A stretch of 64,000 nt of DNA. Origin: Utricularia gibba (taxonomy: Eukaryota > Plantae > Magnoliophyta). The stretch covers positions 186,001-250,000 of the forward strand of contig CM007992.1 of NCBI GenBank assembly GCA_002189035.1. Reading direction: 5' to 3'. Shown one piece after another: positions 36,741 to 49,746 of this stretch. The notes below the pieces were generated by a model. That model had not been told where the DNA came from and did not search any database. It saw only the letters and a program-made list of their open reading frames with translations. Positions within the stretch are counted from its first letter, which is position 1; each line of letters starts with the position of its first letter. A program made the translations under genes and the position numbers.

Positions 36741-38209
36741 TCATGAAACGATGACATGATCAGCTTCTAGGGAGCTCCTTCCGGGGATTTTTTCAATCCC
36801 TGAGTCCTGCATTTCCTTCCTCATTCTCTGTACATTGTCCCATTTGTTGACAGATGCGAAGATATCGGAGACAAGGACTTGAACTCCGGTATGGGCAAAA
36901 GAACCTTCTTTCAACCCTTGGGCCATCAGTTTTTCCAGGTTCAGTGAGCTACCATGTACTCTGCAAGCATTCAGTAAAGCTCCCAGAGCACATGAATCTG
37001 GTGTTATGGGCATTCTTTTTACGACCATGTCTGCTTGCTGCAAAAGTCCTGCTCTGCCTAGAAGATCAACTAGACAGCCATAGTGCTGCGGCTCTGGTAA
37101 AATCCCATAGTCCTCTGTCATGCTTCGAAAAATCTCCAGTCCTGCCATTACATGCCCCATTCTACTACACGCAGTAAGGGCGCCTAAGAATGTCACTTTG
37201 TTTGGCTGAATGTGCTCGAGTTCCATCCTCTGAAACAAACGTAATGCTGCTGCGCACTCTCCATGATTGGCTAATCCCAGAATCAATGTTGTGTATGTGC
37301 ACACATCACGATGAAGCATCTTGTTGAAAACCTCACAGGCTACACTGATGCATCCACATTTAGCGTACATGTCAATAAGGGCAGTTCCTAAAACTGCATC
37401 CAATTCCATGGTATGACGATCAATATACTCATGAATCCATTTACCTGGAGACAGAGCTCCGAGATAGCTGCAAGCAGAGAGTGTTCCAACCATTGCAGAA
37501 TGCGTTGGCGTGATTCCAGCAATCAGCATGGCATTAAATGTTGATAAAGCCTCTGTGAACATGCCAATCTGCGCATAACCGTTAATCATAGCACTCCAAG
37601 CAACTGCATTCTTCTGAGGCATTTTATCGAACAGCTCTGCTGCAGCCGCAGCTTCCCCGGTCTTCAAGTACCCGTTTATCACTGTGGTCCAGGAAATCAC
37701 ATCGCGGTTGCAGCTCGTGTCCAGCAAATCCCTAGCCAGCTCCATGGCTTCGCAGCGAGCGTAACTATGAATCATACCGTTTTGCACGTAATCGTATTTC
37801 TCCCACCCCAATCTCATCGCCAAGCTATGGTACATCAACACTAGAGCAACGTCGGAAATTGCGGCACCCGCCCGGAAAATAAACGAAAGCGTGTAATTAT
37901 CTGGCGGCAGATCGTTCCTCACCATGTTCTTCGCTAGCAATAAGACATTTTCAGGCTGCCCATTTTCAGATAACGCTCGGATGACAGTGTTCCAGTCGGA
38001 AATAGAGCGTAAGAGCGCCTGTGTGTAAGAAAGATCTGCGATCGCAAAACGTGCGTAGAGCCTTCGGACGAAAACAGAATCGGAAATCCCCCAATGACTA
38101 TCAGACTTGATTGAATTTGCTTGAGTTGAGGAATCGTAAGGAATCGTTGTTCCAGAACCAAGAAAGCTCTTTTAAACGTTCCTGACAGGTTGCCAGCAAA
38201 TGGCGGCAT
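36741..38209 (-). CDS. PLS-class PPR protein with E domain, intronless; one frameshift near 38090
   Basis: DVISWTTVINGY, NAVAWSAMINGYAQ, LGTALIDMYAKCG, TFLGALTACS, HYGCLVDLLGRAG, GALLNACRVHG, KIPGRS. The N-terminus MPPFAGN... (38209) joins the main ORF if one G is added to the G5 run at 38088-38092. Confidence 0.9.
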
Positions 38210-38468
38210 GGAGAAAGGAAGCAACAGCGTGAAAAAGTAGTCGTTCTCAAACAATGAAGCTAATGGAAAAGCAACCAAGGGATTCGTCACGTTCTTACAA
38301 AGTGCATCGAGGGAAGTAGTACATGAAATTCCTGATCCTTCAATCTCCACATCTCGCATACAGAGAACGGAAGGGATAGTGCAGTAGTAGTGTTCTGAAA
38401 TCTGTAATAGATTCCATACAGGGGGGGGGGTGGGGTTCGGCCGCCATGGAGGGAAAAGCTTGAGAGCT

Positions 38469-41400
38469 TCAGTAATCAAGAGAAGGGAGGCCAGATACGA
38501 GGTTTTCGGTATCGGCATTGTTCATCCTCTGCAGGAAATTTCCACCAAGCGACTCACCATCTCGTTTACCGAGCTTCATCACGTCCTCCGGGGAAAGGAT
38601 CTTTATATACCAGACATTGTTCACAAATGCCCTGTGTAAAAGCTTCAGTCAAGACAAGAACTTTAAACTGCTGTCGTTGTTTGAACAGAGAAACTTACTC
38701 CCATGGATCATCTCCAAGGAGAAGGACATCGTTCTCCCTGTCGACGAATACAAGCTGCCAGCCTGATCTTTGAGGGTCTTCAAGCAACCCTTCAATCCCG
38801 TACATCTGACCCAATTCATGTCTCAGCTCCTGGTAGCTGTTGAATCGAGCGATGTCCAGAGACCTACCAACGGATCCCGTCTTGTAGACCTATTCCAACA
38901 AAGGGGTGGTTACTGATACAACTCACAAGAAACAAAGGAAATGGGGACATGCAGATAACCTACTGATAAACTTGAAGTTGGAAGCCTAAGAGATCTCGGG
39001 CTTGAATCCCATGATAGTTAGTGTATGTAGAATAATGTATTATGAGCAGCGTGGTGTGTGCTGAAAGTATAGAGAATAAACCACAAACTAATCTAAACTC
39101 TTACCTTCACAAAGGTCCTTGCTGAAGCAGGAGCTGGTTGGTGATCATGTCCTGTGGGTTGCAAAATTTCAGAAGAATCTTGCATGTAACCATAAAGATG
39201 GCCTTGAAACCCAGTTGTTGCCAGTGGAAGTGATGATATATCAGTCTGAACTGAAGAAATGCCCATGGATGACATTGTGGTGGGGAGCTGGAGGCCGGAT
39301 GCATCGAGGTTAGCACCAAAAAGAGATGGATTTTGTGCCCCCAAGCTTTCCTGTTCAAGAGAACCATCTTTTCCTGGGTACAATGCAAGTGATATAGAAT
39401 TGGAGGAGCCGCCAACAGGTGACTGAGGAAACTTAGGCGTCGTCCACTGCTGCTGAGGCATCGAGAAATTCAGAAGATTGGAGTTTCCTTCTTGAAACAT
39501 AGGGCCAAACATGTTCTGCATCCCAGAACGAGCCACCTGCCCCGGAAATCTACTGTCTGGTTCTGAAAAGTCCGACTTCACAAATGAAGGCGACGGGACA
39601 TCAGATGACTGCCTTAACTGAAGTTGCTCATGCTGTCCAAGGAAGGTTTCTGGGTAGGCATGATGTCCAGAATGCTCCTTACATGGGCTAGCGACTTCTT
39701 GTTGAGTTGGTGCCCTCTGCAGATTATTTGAGAGCATTTGGGTTTGCAAAGAAAGCATATTGGAAGAAGCGGGTGGTGAGATGACCTGCTGACTCTGAGC
39801 TAGAGGATTACTGCCACCATAATGGTGGATATAATGAACAGGAGATTGAAACTGCATTCCCTGGTTCTTCATCAAATCCGCACCTCCAAAGTTATACAAT
39901 CCTGCTGCAAGCATTGCTCGATACTGCTGCCCCAGATCGTTTCTCATCACAGCTGGATCAAATCTCTGCTGCATCAATGGGAACATCCCAACTGACTGCA
40001 AATTCATGGCACTGAAACCTGCTTCACCAGCTTCGCCTCTCACCCACGCCAAGCTGCTCATTTCTTCTCCACCAGCCTCTGTAACAAAATACTATCAGTC
40101 TGTTGTCTGGAGAAATGCTTCTGTACCCGGAAAAGAACCTGCAGTAGAAGGAAGATACCTTGAAAAGACGATGCCCCAGGATACCATGGCCGTTTTAATC
40201 TGAGAGGAAACAGTGAAGGATACATGGGGAATGTTGTTAGTGGCTCAATTTCCCATAGGGAGACCCTGGGCTGCCTCTCACCTGCTGCTGACTCGTCCCA
40301 ACCAACCTGAGATTCAAGAATAGAAAACACATTCAACAAAATCCACAGACGAGGAGAGACATAAAGGTTACTGAAAGAGCACCTTAACAGAGCGCCAGTG
40401 GGAGTTTGGCCAACGAACTGGATCTAAGTCACAGATTCCAGTGATGGTTCCCATGTATCTAGTTATCATCAAGTTCAGGAGGCACATGTTGTAAAAACAA
40501 GGAATGTGAACAAATGGGACAGAATCTAAGACTTCATTGTTTTACCTGCGGACACTCGATTCCTCAGTCTCAAAAAGCATGCGAAACCTCATCCCAACAG
40601 AAACACGAGTGTGATGCAAAGCTTTGAGGTACTTGGAAAGTGGTATAACGAACTCAGAAGGACTAGCCCTGATGCCAGAAAAGTGTTACCAGGAGATGCA
40701 AGAAGGCAAATGGAGGAAGAAATTGTGATGTCCTCCTCACCTGGGGTTATAAAAGACAGTGAAGCAGCTGTTTGTAGCTGCAGCATGAGCAGCAGCCGCC
40801 AGGAGTCCGATGTGCATACTATCACTTGACAGAACAGATGATGGCATCACATTCTGTGGTCGACTTGCACGACGAATTCCGAGAAGAAGCTGATTTTTTT
40901 CATTCCTACAAGAAGCATTATACATGCGAAAAAGTTGAAACAGTGGCATTCGTTTCAAAGAACTCGAAACCAAAACTTACCATATAAAAAGAACTGAATC
41001 CCCAGCAACCAGTCTTTTAGCACTGACGAACACACTCCAGCCAGTGGTGAGCAAATGACGCTTGGGCTGGCCTGAGTCAAGAAAGAGCACAATTTTTTTC
41101 CAAGGAAAATGATAAATCTTGAAGACCCATAAAAGGAAACGAGCAATGGAATCTATTCAGGGAAAGAGTTTCCAAAAATCAACTGCTAAGAGAGAAGAAA
41201 AAAAGCAAAAGGGGCTCTTCTAAACAGGAAAAAGCTATCAAGAACATGAGCTTTGTTCAAGATTCACGTACACTAACCTCGGAAAATATGTCTAAACTTC
41301 CACTCGACGTCATGGAGATCCCTTGCAATAAGCTCTTGTGCAGGAGGCGTCTGAGTAAAATCCTGAACACAGACCAACTTTCAATACACCTGAAGTTAAA

Positions 41401-42250
41401 ATTTTTAAAGTATGAGTCAGAGTTTCTCACCAAAGGCGGGAAAACTTTTTCTGCAGCTCGACGCGGCACAGAGAAACCACCGTGTGTGCTTGTATCACTA
41501 GCTGTTAATGTCTTGCAGAAGTAATTTGTTGGCTGCCTACTCGGAATCCCCAGCTCTACGGGAAGATATGTCTCCTTTTGCTCTTCCTGTAATTCCCATT
41601 TTAGTTCTTCAGCTTCAAGAGTGGAGCAAAGTGTGTGGCTCACAAGTTAGCTTACAGGAGTGAGAGGCTGCAGCGTCATCTGAGCATAAACTTCATCAGT
41701 TTCACCATCTGCCTGATATTCAGGAAACAGAATGAATCATCACATCTTTCTGATTACATAAACATGTAAATGTAAAAACTGACATGCATTGTAACATTGT
41801 GGAGTTGGCAGATCAATTGGGGTTGCAAACTTGGGTAATTAGGCAACTGGGCATCAACTTCTTTGTTAGTTGTAGCTGCAACCTGTTAAAAAAAACTCCC
41901 ATTTCAGAGATGAACAACTGCACCAAAAGCGCAAAAGGTTTTCGGGGTAATTCTCAAACCTGCTCACTGTGACCCTGCGGGAAATAAACCACGCGGCTCC
42001 CAACTGTCGGTAACGAAACCAGAGGGCCAGCACAAGCATGCCATAGCTCAGAATTCAAGCATTTTTTCTCTCCTTCACATGACAGACAAATGAATAATTC
42101 AGAGCTCCATCAATTGACTTTTTCGCTATGAGTAACAAACACAACAAAACACTTAACCATACGTGGAAATGCAAACTGGCTTTCAAAATTGAGCAGAAAT
42201 AAACTACCTTCATGAACCTGCTGACCCATTGCTGATGTTGAAAGCTTCAT
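38469..42250 (-). CDS. ARF8: Auxin response factor 8-like (B3, ARF, Q-rich middle region, PB1), 14 exons, intact
   Basis: [125 protein letters not shown]. Confidence 0.95.
38750..38770 (-). promoter_or_regulatory. miR167 target site in ARF8 mRNA
   Basis: The minus strand reads aagatcaggctggcagcttgt, the canonical ARF6/8 site complementary to miR167 (ugaagcugccagcaugaucua). Confidence 0.93.
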
Positions 42251-42344
42251 TCTTTTACCAGCAGCTTCCTCAGATATGTGCGAAGCCCAGTAATTACAAG
42301 AGAAGTCCTGAAGAGGAGAGCAACAAAAAAAAACAACTAAAATT

Positions 42345-42651
42345 CTACCAATCTGCTTCCAATGACTTGCATTTTGTACATTTAACCCCTAAAGTTGAAA
42401 AAACACACAAAGAAACAAATAACCAAACCTTTGAAAGAAGAATAATTGATAAACCATCCTCAACCCAGCTCAATCTGCTTCCCCTTCTTCCCCACCAACC
42501 CCATGACGAAAATTGTTACACCCCTGAAAGTTGCGAGCTTTTTTTCCAAACAATCTCTGTCTCACAGCTTTTTTACCTCCAAGAAAAATCTAGTGAGTGC
42601 AAGAAGAATCAGCTTTCAAGAAAACCAAGTGCGAGAAAAATGTAAAGTCAT
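42345..42651 (-). promoter_or_regulatory. Several short uORFs in the ARF8 5' leader
   Basis: ATG 42651 MTLHFSRTWFS*, ATG 42504 MGLVGKKGKQIELG*, MVYQLFFF...*, MYKMQVIGSRLVEF*. The TSS is not determined. Confidence 0.5.
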
Positions 42652-45600
42652 GGATTTATTCTCTTTTTATATCCCACCCGACCAAAGGTCGACCTGGTGG
42701 CAGTAACTCCCAGGGTGGTGGTGGATAGCAAATAGCATAGCGCAAGAAGAGAGAGAAACAGTGAACGAGTCTATATGTGCGTGTAGAGAGAGGGAGATGG
42801 CAGATAGAGATAGAAAGAGAAAGTGTGTAAAATGCAAAATGAAAAAAAAAATGGGGTTCTCAGTAGCGTAGTGTCTGTCCCTCTCTTTCCCTTCTCCTTC
42901 TTCCTCTCTGGTCTGGGCTCTCTACCATCGGAGAGACGATTAAGCAAAAGAGAAAAGCGATCCTAGCCGTTGGTTTCACCGTACCGACGATCGCAGCCGT
43001 CCCATAAAAAAAGATTTTGACAGGAAGCATGTGCCCCCATCCTTCAGTGGTCGCTGTCAGAGTACGGACCATGAAAAATATAAAATAATAACAATGATCA
43101 TGACGATGAAAGAGGAGGAAGATGAAGAAGGAGAAGAGTGAAAAAAAAAAAAAATCAGTGACCAACTTTATACTTAATTAGTGGTTATCTTCCACGCTAA
43201 AAAGAGATGTACACCTACTAAAAATCTTCCCCACATTCAAGACGCAAGGGGTTGCTTTCCAGCCATACTGGAAACTGTACCCTTTCCCTTGAAGAAGAAA
43301 TATATATCAAAATTTATCACTTCAGCATGCTAGTGAACTAATAATGGAGATAAACAACTTTGAGAATGTGGACCTTGTGGCTATGGCGATGAGGTCCATA
43401 CCTTTGAACAAGACTGGGTTTTTTTCTTCTTACCCTTTTCCCCTTTTTTTTTTTAAATCTGGGCTTTAAATTCTTACATCAATCCTGGAATACAGAGAGT
43501 GTCTGCACGCACGAACACAGCTTCAAATAAAAAAATAAAACCCAGAACGCCTTAAATCATTTCTTTTATTTAAATGGAATAAAAGAATGTGCTCTGTTCG
43601 ATGAAATTGAATTCCAGAAAAGGTGAAGAATCAAGAAAGCATTTTTCGAGACACCCGTTTCAGTTCACGCAATGAATTTACTATTTGTCCTGATAAAAAT
43701 GTAAACTTGATTTCTAGTTTGAGGGGGCGGTGATGGAATTACAGTGAAATGGAAAATGAACTGTGTGAGTCCAAGTTCCTGCTACCTGGAAATAAAGGGG
43801 GATTGGCCCACTCCCCGCAGCTGCATCGATGGCACCCCCCTTTTGGATTTTCCAGATTTTGTAACAAAAGTAAAGCAACTCTCCATTCAATCCAATAACC
43901 CAGAATAAATAAAAATTCAATCTTTCTTCACTCCCAATATTTTATTTATGGTTAGGGTAGTGGACGTGACCCACTCAACCATACTGCGATGCTATGCCAA
44001 ACTTGGAAATTTGCGTAATTACCAGATCCTCTTCCTCCCCATCTCCATGGTTAGGTGCGCAGTTGGGTCTTTTTCCAATTGTTCGTTAGGCCCTTAATCG
44101 TTGTTCATGCAGGTTCACACTTGAGGATTTTGTTCTACCAAAAATGTTGGTTAAAAATGATCCTGATCAGAACTGATGGCTCAGGAAACTGGTCTTGTAT
44201 AACGTCGAAATTTAAAATCAGATGGAAGGAAACGAGTGCCCCTGAACATTCTGATCTTGATGATAGCCCAAATTAGTGACCAAAGTGGCATCGCGAGAGC
44301 GCCATCGGGGAAAGCATATGCTGTAATAAAAAACCACCGCCCACGGCGGTGACAGCAGGCCGGTGTCTGAGAATGTCGATTTGGATACTCCACTTTCAGT
44401 AGCACATGTGGGGTTCTCTAATTAACTCAGGTGGAGGGTAAAAGTGGGTTGCTTTAACTTAACTCGTTGGAGTATTTATTCACAGTGGTTGATAAGCTGT
44501 AATTATTTCATACTTTCAGGTTGGATAACCGGCTGCAATGGCAGTCGAAGATTACTCTGTAACTGACCCAAATTTAAGGAGAAGGGTCCTTCTCTTCCAG
44601 CCTTTTCGTCAATTGTTACATCTGTTTTAAATATGTTAATTGTTTGTCTTTAACAGCCCCCGAGTATACGTGTCATCTTCTGCAGATCCTCCCTCAGACC
44701 CTTTCCCCTCAAATCGTGCTTATTTGATCAAATGGAGCTCTTTCCATGGCGTTGGTGGGAAACATTTTCAATACATGATCTGCATTCCCACTGCATCAGG
44801 TCATTCGTTGGGGCAAGCCGTTAGAAGAGCTATGCAACATGTTCTCGTATAATCAATCCTCAATTCCTAATTTTCAACACAGACTTCTGGTTTACTTCCC
44901 TCACCTGCACTGCATCCCTTAGCTTTATTTATTTCCTGGTTGCTTCATTGGAGATACTCCAGGGTGAGGTTAGCGATTGCAACTTGGTTCTGGTGCATGA
45001 ATCGAGACGAATGCAACTGCATTTATAGCAGCAGCCTGACATCTAGACCATGAATCCTTTTATTTTCTTACTCCCTTTCGATACCAATTTCTAAGGCTGT
45101 ACTTACAAGCGATTCTCAGTCAAAACAAAAGGAGGTTGAGCCTGTATTTCAACTCTAGCACATAAATGTCGTGCAGCCACAACTCCTCCATTTATAGCAC
45201 CCCAACATGTGAGCCAAGGGTCATGCTTTCTTGTCACCTGCACCCGTAGACACCTTTCGAGCACGTTTTAAGACTGCTCGATCCTACATTTCACTCGTTT
45301 GCAGTAATACACTATTTCGAACAACATGGTTCGAAGCGTTATGCAAATCCTCCGATACTCAGACGATTGCATGTCTGCAACAATGTTGAAGGGTGTGGCT
45401 GAAGGCGCCACACCCCATGTCTGTGATACATAAATGAAGGCAAACATATTTCACACAGAAGAGAAAGCACTCCAACACAGGCGTCATCACCCTTGCTTGC
45501 TACCACATCTGTTGTGGGAGGAGGTTTAAACCCAAGTTTCACATATTAGACGAAGCAGCCCAACACAGGAGCCATGGATCCAGCTCAGTCCCACATTTTG

Positions 45601-46333
45601 GGCAGGCAAACCAAGTTCCATATGCTTCATCCACATGCTTTTTTTTAGGTTAAGCAGCTTGTGCTGTTTGTGATCGTATGGCATCCTTGTGTTGTGTTAG
45701 GGTTTTGGTGGGAAGATGGGAGGAGGGGGATTAGTGTGCTGTGAGGTCTCTTTCGGAACTCAGGAGGAAAAGAACCTGAATAAATGAAGGCAGTGAGTGG
45801 CAGCGTCTACTGATCCACTCAGGTGACCCAATTTTATTTTCTTTTGTCAATAACTCCGTCTCGTCCCTTTCCAACCGCTAAGTAACTGCTTTATTTAACT
45901 GTCCTAATTAATGGCGGCATCCAGCTTCAGCTTCTTCTTCTTCTCTCTTTCACACTCCACACCAGTCTACCTCATTCAGATATGGGTCCGTTGAATCATG
46001 ATCAAGAAGTAATTTTTTTATTGTAAAACGATTCAAACCATGATTATTTGAAGCCATTGTTCGAATTTCTTATGATAAGCAAGTGTCCAACAGATGGAAG
46101 ACTGGTTCATATGCATGCTTCCCTCTACTGGGTTTTGAGGACTATGCCCACATCTGCAGTAGGGCTGTTGCGTTTGACAGCTGAATTTATTGGATTTTCA
46201 CTGTTGCAGACAAGCAGCTTACTTGGGCCTGTTGTTTGGATCTGGATTGAGTTCATGTTCAGTTCAGTGTGAAAGTCTATTGGGTGTGTTGGCTGGGGTG
46301 TTTTCAGAGCAGCATAGGGGAATTAAACTTGGA

Positions 46334-47337
46334 TTACCAGCTGAGAACTGGAGGAGGGGAGCCATGGCTGGTCTCTGAAGAAGCTGCTACTCTTACGGCT
46401 TGCAGCTCCAGACTCCTTTCTCCCTCAATCCTGTCTCCACCATCTCCATCATCATCCGATGATTCCAAAGTGAACTTCCCATGATCGTCACGCTGCGGTG
46501 CCCCTTCGATCGGCTCGTACTTCGCCGTCTCCCGACCAACCCCTTTGATCTTACAGCAAACACCATAGAATCCGACGCTCAGAGTAACGAGAGCAGCCAG
46601 ATGACAGTTGAAAAGCAGCGTTGCAATGGCACTCCCTCGATGATACTCGGGATGCCCCTGGCATGTGATGGTGAAATTTCCTCTGCTCTTTTGATCCAGA
46701 GCGCACCCATCGGAGATCATCTTTGTGAAGAATGAAAAACCCATCTGTACAGTCCACATTCCTTGTAATATAATCCCAATGCCACGCCCTAATCTTGGAT
46801 ATGCCGATTTCTGGGCTCTCATGCCAAGAAGAGTGGAGAAGAGGCATATGGCGATGGGTACCAGAATCAGATTATAGTAGCGGTTCTCAACTCCACCTGG
46901 GTCCTTAACATGAGCGTAAAATAGCAGAAATTCCTCCCAAAAGCGAATGCATCCATTAAAGATAGAAGCTTTTCGGGAAAACGAAATGAATCTATGGTGT
47001 TTGAGAAGAATCCTAGAAGGGAATTCAGGAGGAAGAGCAAGGCTATCGCGATCACCTGGAGCTGTAAAGCGAAACCTATGTTATCCTTGGAGACAACAGC
47101 GTCGGACAAGGAAATCAACGAGTTAACAACGAAAAGCGCAGCGAGAGCGGAGACAAACAAGCATGTTGTCCCCGATGAGAACAGAGCCACCTTTGGCTTA
47201 TCTCTGGATACGGTTTGCGGCAAGGAATCTACTAGCTGTGAACTCTTAGCGGCCGGCTCCGCGGCGGAGGAAACCGATTCCCAGACTCCGATCAGAATCC
47301 CCCCGCCGCCGGCAACAGCATATGCGAACAACCCCAT
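46334..47337 (-). CDS. DUF716/TMEM45-like multi-pass membrane protein, intronless; one frameshift near 46937
   Basis: MGLFAYAVAGGGGILIGVWES, then AFG-(G)-EEFLLFY...GVENRYYNL after restoring one G; LQGMWTVQMGFSFFT and YHRGSAIATLLFNCHLA. Confidence 0.85.
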
Positions 47338-48143
47338 TCCACAGCACAGATTTCAGCTTTGGAATCACCCCTTACCGAAACTCCACAGCATAGTCAACGA
47401 AAACGAAGCCTCGGTTTCTCCTCAGTCGGCCGCCTAGAGCTACGGGAGCCGACGCCGCTGACGTTTTCTTGATTGGAAAATATCAGCACATTGTTTACGG
47501 GCCAAGCAGGTAACAAAACTCCCCATGGTCCTAATGGACTGTGTAGAAAACGGGCTTCATCTTCCAATCGGCTTTCTTCTCCAGACTCGAAAACCAGATC
47601 CTTCCATCCATCCAAGTGGAATTCATTTAATAATTTATTTATGATTTTACATCGAATCTTTTTTATAATAAGATAATTAGATTAAATTCATTATAAATAT
47701 ATTATAAAAAACAAGAAATAAATTCAATTGAAGACAACACAAAAATTGAAGATTTGGTTCTATTTAAAACATTTTTACTCATTTCCAAAAATATTGATAT
47801 GGCATTTTCGAAGATGAGGTAAATGTTTCAAAAATAAGTAATTTTATTTTTTATTTTTTTCAGAAACGAAAATAAGAAAACCCAATTTGTTTTCGAAAAT
47901 AATTTAAAATATAGTTTATAATATTTATTTTAATATTAATTTCCCAAAAATGAATATAAACATAATCAAAACTTAATAAAATAAATTTAATAACTCAATT
48001 TTTGAAAATATCCACAACTAAAATTATACTATCATATAACCCTTCCCATGTCACCCCATCACTTGTGCAAAACACCTGAAAATTGATCGAATTTCTCAGA
48101 ATGCAAAAGCAACGAATTTTATTTCCTCCTTTAGAAACCGTCA

Positions 48144-48596
48144 TCAAGATTCTTCATCCGTATGTTGAATGATCGGTTGGAGCCGTGGGATCGCACAATC
48201 ATCCCATCGCAGAACCTCCATATTGGCCTCACAGTCGGCGACCTTCTTTCTGCACATCCGGAGCTGTTCTTTTACCCGTTGCAGTTGATTGGCTTCACAA
48301 GCCAATTCCCATCGTAGTCGACGGATCATCGTCGTGCATCCTGACGTCGGATACCTCCGTCGCATCTCCGCCTCATAGACCATGGCTTCTATAGCGCGGT
48401 CCCTCTCGTACTTGTTCTTTAGGCTCTTCAGCGTCTTGATAATTTTTGCCACCCCGAAAAGGCGATGCATGTTTTGGAACTTTTCGGGTTGATCGGAAGG
48501 GAAATAGGGAGCCAGTCGACAGTTGGGGGGACACTTTCTCCTCTGGAACTTGCACGAAGCGCACGCAGGAACGGCCCCGTCGATGACGGAAGACAT
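48144..48596 (-). CDS. LOB domain (LBD/ASL) protein, class I, copy 1 (150 aa)
   Basis: CX2CX6CX3C (CASCKFQRRKCPPNC), LAPYFP, HRLFGVAKI GAS-like block, C-terminal leucine-zipper-like coil. Confidence 0.92.
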   Translation of the reverse strand: MSSVIDGAVPACASCKFQRRKCPPNCRLAPYFPSDQPEKFQNMHRLFGVAKIIKTLKSLKNKYERDRAIEAMVYEAEMRRRYPTSGCTTMIRRLRWELACEANQLQRVKEQLRMCRKKVADCEANMEVLRWDDCAIPRLQPIIQHTDEES

Positions 48597-49239
48597 GGTG
48601 GGGTTTTAGGACGCAACCGAAAGAAGAAAAGCTTGGAAAGTTTCCGATAGCATCTTGGGTGCCTTTGGATTTGCTCAGATCAGGGAGGATGTTCTTAGTT
48701 CGGAAGTCGGATGGGTATATGAAACACCATGGATGGTTCTAGAAGTGAGCTCAAGAATAGGAGTTTTGTGGGCGACCCATCAACAGCATGCCCGCATTCC
48801 GACTCTCTTTTCTCTTCTGTAAGTCGTATGAAGACCTGAAGTGGTGAAGCAGGATGCATGAGAATGATAACCTCAGACCCTCAAACCGTCATCTGCAGAA
48901 CTATCCAAGTTGAATTCATTTTATAATTTATTTATGATTTTACATTGAATCTTTTCATAATAAGATAATTAGATTAAATTTATTATAAAAACAATTATTT
49001 AAATTTTAGATTTATTTTTTTTATAAAAATTATTAAATTGAATAAAAAAATTGATAAATCTATCACGGAAACAAAGCAACGTTTGGAAGTCACCACCACA
49101 ATCATCGTCTTTGCCTTCATTGTAAGCTCAACTTAGAAGCTTGAAGATTAGGCTCTATCACGATCATATAACCGTTATAACCCTACTTATATAACACGTG
49201 TAATTAATAGAATTTCGTAGAATGCAAAAGAAACGAATT

Positions 49240-49746
49240 TTATTTCCTCCTTTGGTCACAGTTATCAAGATTCTCATCCGTACGTTCAGTGATGGGTTGG
49301 AAGCGTGGTGGTTCCAACCTTGGACTGGGCACAAGCACAGCTTTGGAATGATCCCTTTGCAGAACCGCCATCTTGGCGTCATGGTTGCGGAACTTCTTTC
49401 TGCGCATCTCTAGCTGTGATTGTACCCATTGCAGTCGATTGGTTGCACAAGCCAATTGGTCTTCTAGTCGACGGAGTATCAACGTGCATCCAAGCATCGG
49501 AAACCGCCGCCGTATCTCCGCCTCATAGACCATCGCGGTTATAGCATCGTCCCTCTCGGTCTTGTTCTTTAGGTTCTTCAGCGTCTTGATAATCTTTGCC
49601 ACCCCGAAAAGGCGATGTACGTTTTGGAACTTTTCGGGTTGATCGGAAGGGAAATAGGGAGCCAGTGGACAGGAGGGGGAACACTTAATCCTCTGGAACT
49701 TGCAGGAAGCGCACGCAGGAACGGCCCCGCCGGTGACGGGAGACAT
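49240..49746 (-). CDS. LOB domain (LBD/ASL) protein, class I, copy 2 (168 aa)
   Basis: CASCKFQRIKCSPSC, LAPYFP, VHRLFGVAKI; paralogue of copy 1. Confidence 0.92.
   Translation of the reverse strand: MSPVTGGAVPACASCKFQRIKCSPSCPLAPYFPSDQPEKFQNVHRLFGVAKIIKTLKNLKNKTERDDAITAMVYEAEIRRRFPMLGCTLILRRLEDQLACATNRLQWVQSQLEMRRKKFRNHDAKMAVLQRDHSKAVLVPSPRLEPPRFQPITERTDENLDNCDQRRK

Noticed and set aside
42860-43165. 101-aa minus-strand ORF upstream of ARF8
   Set aside because: It has a non-ATG start, is made of poly-T and CT tracts, and has no domain; this is promoter or leader sequence.
45588-45600. gtcccacatt, similar to the snRNA USE element
   Set aside because: It is imperfect, with no correctly spaced TATA and no recognisable U-snRNA downstream.
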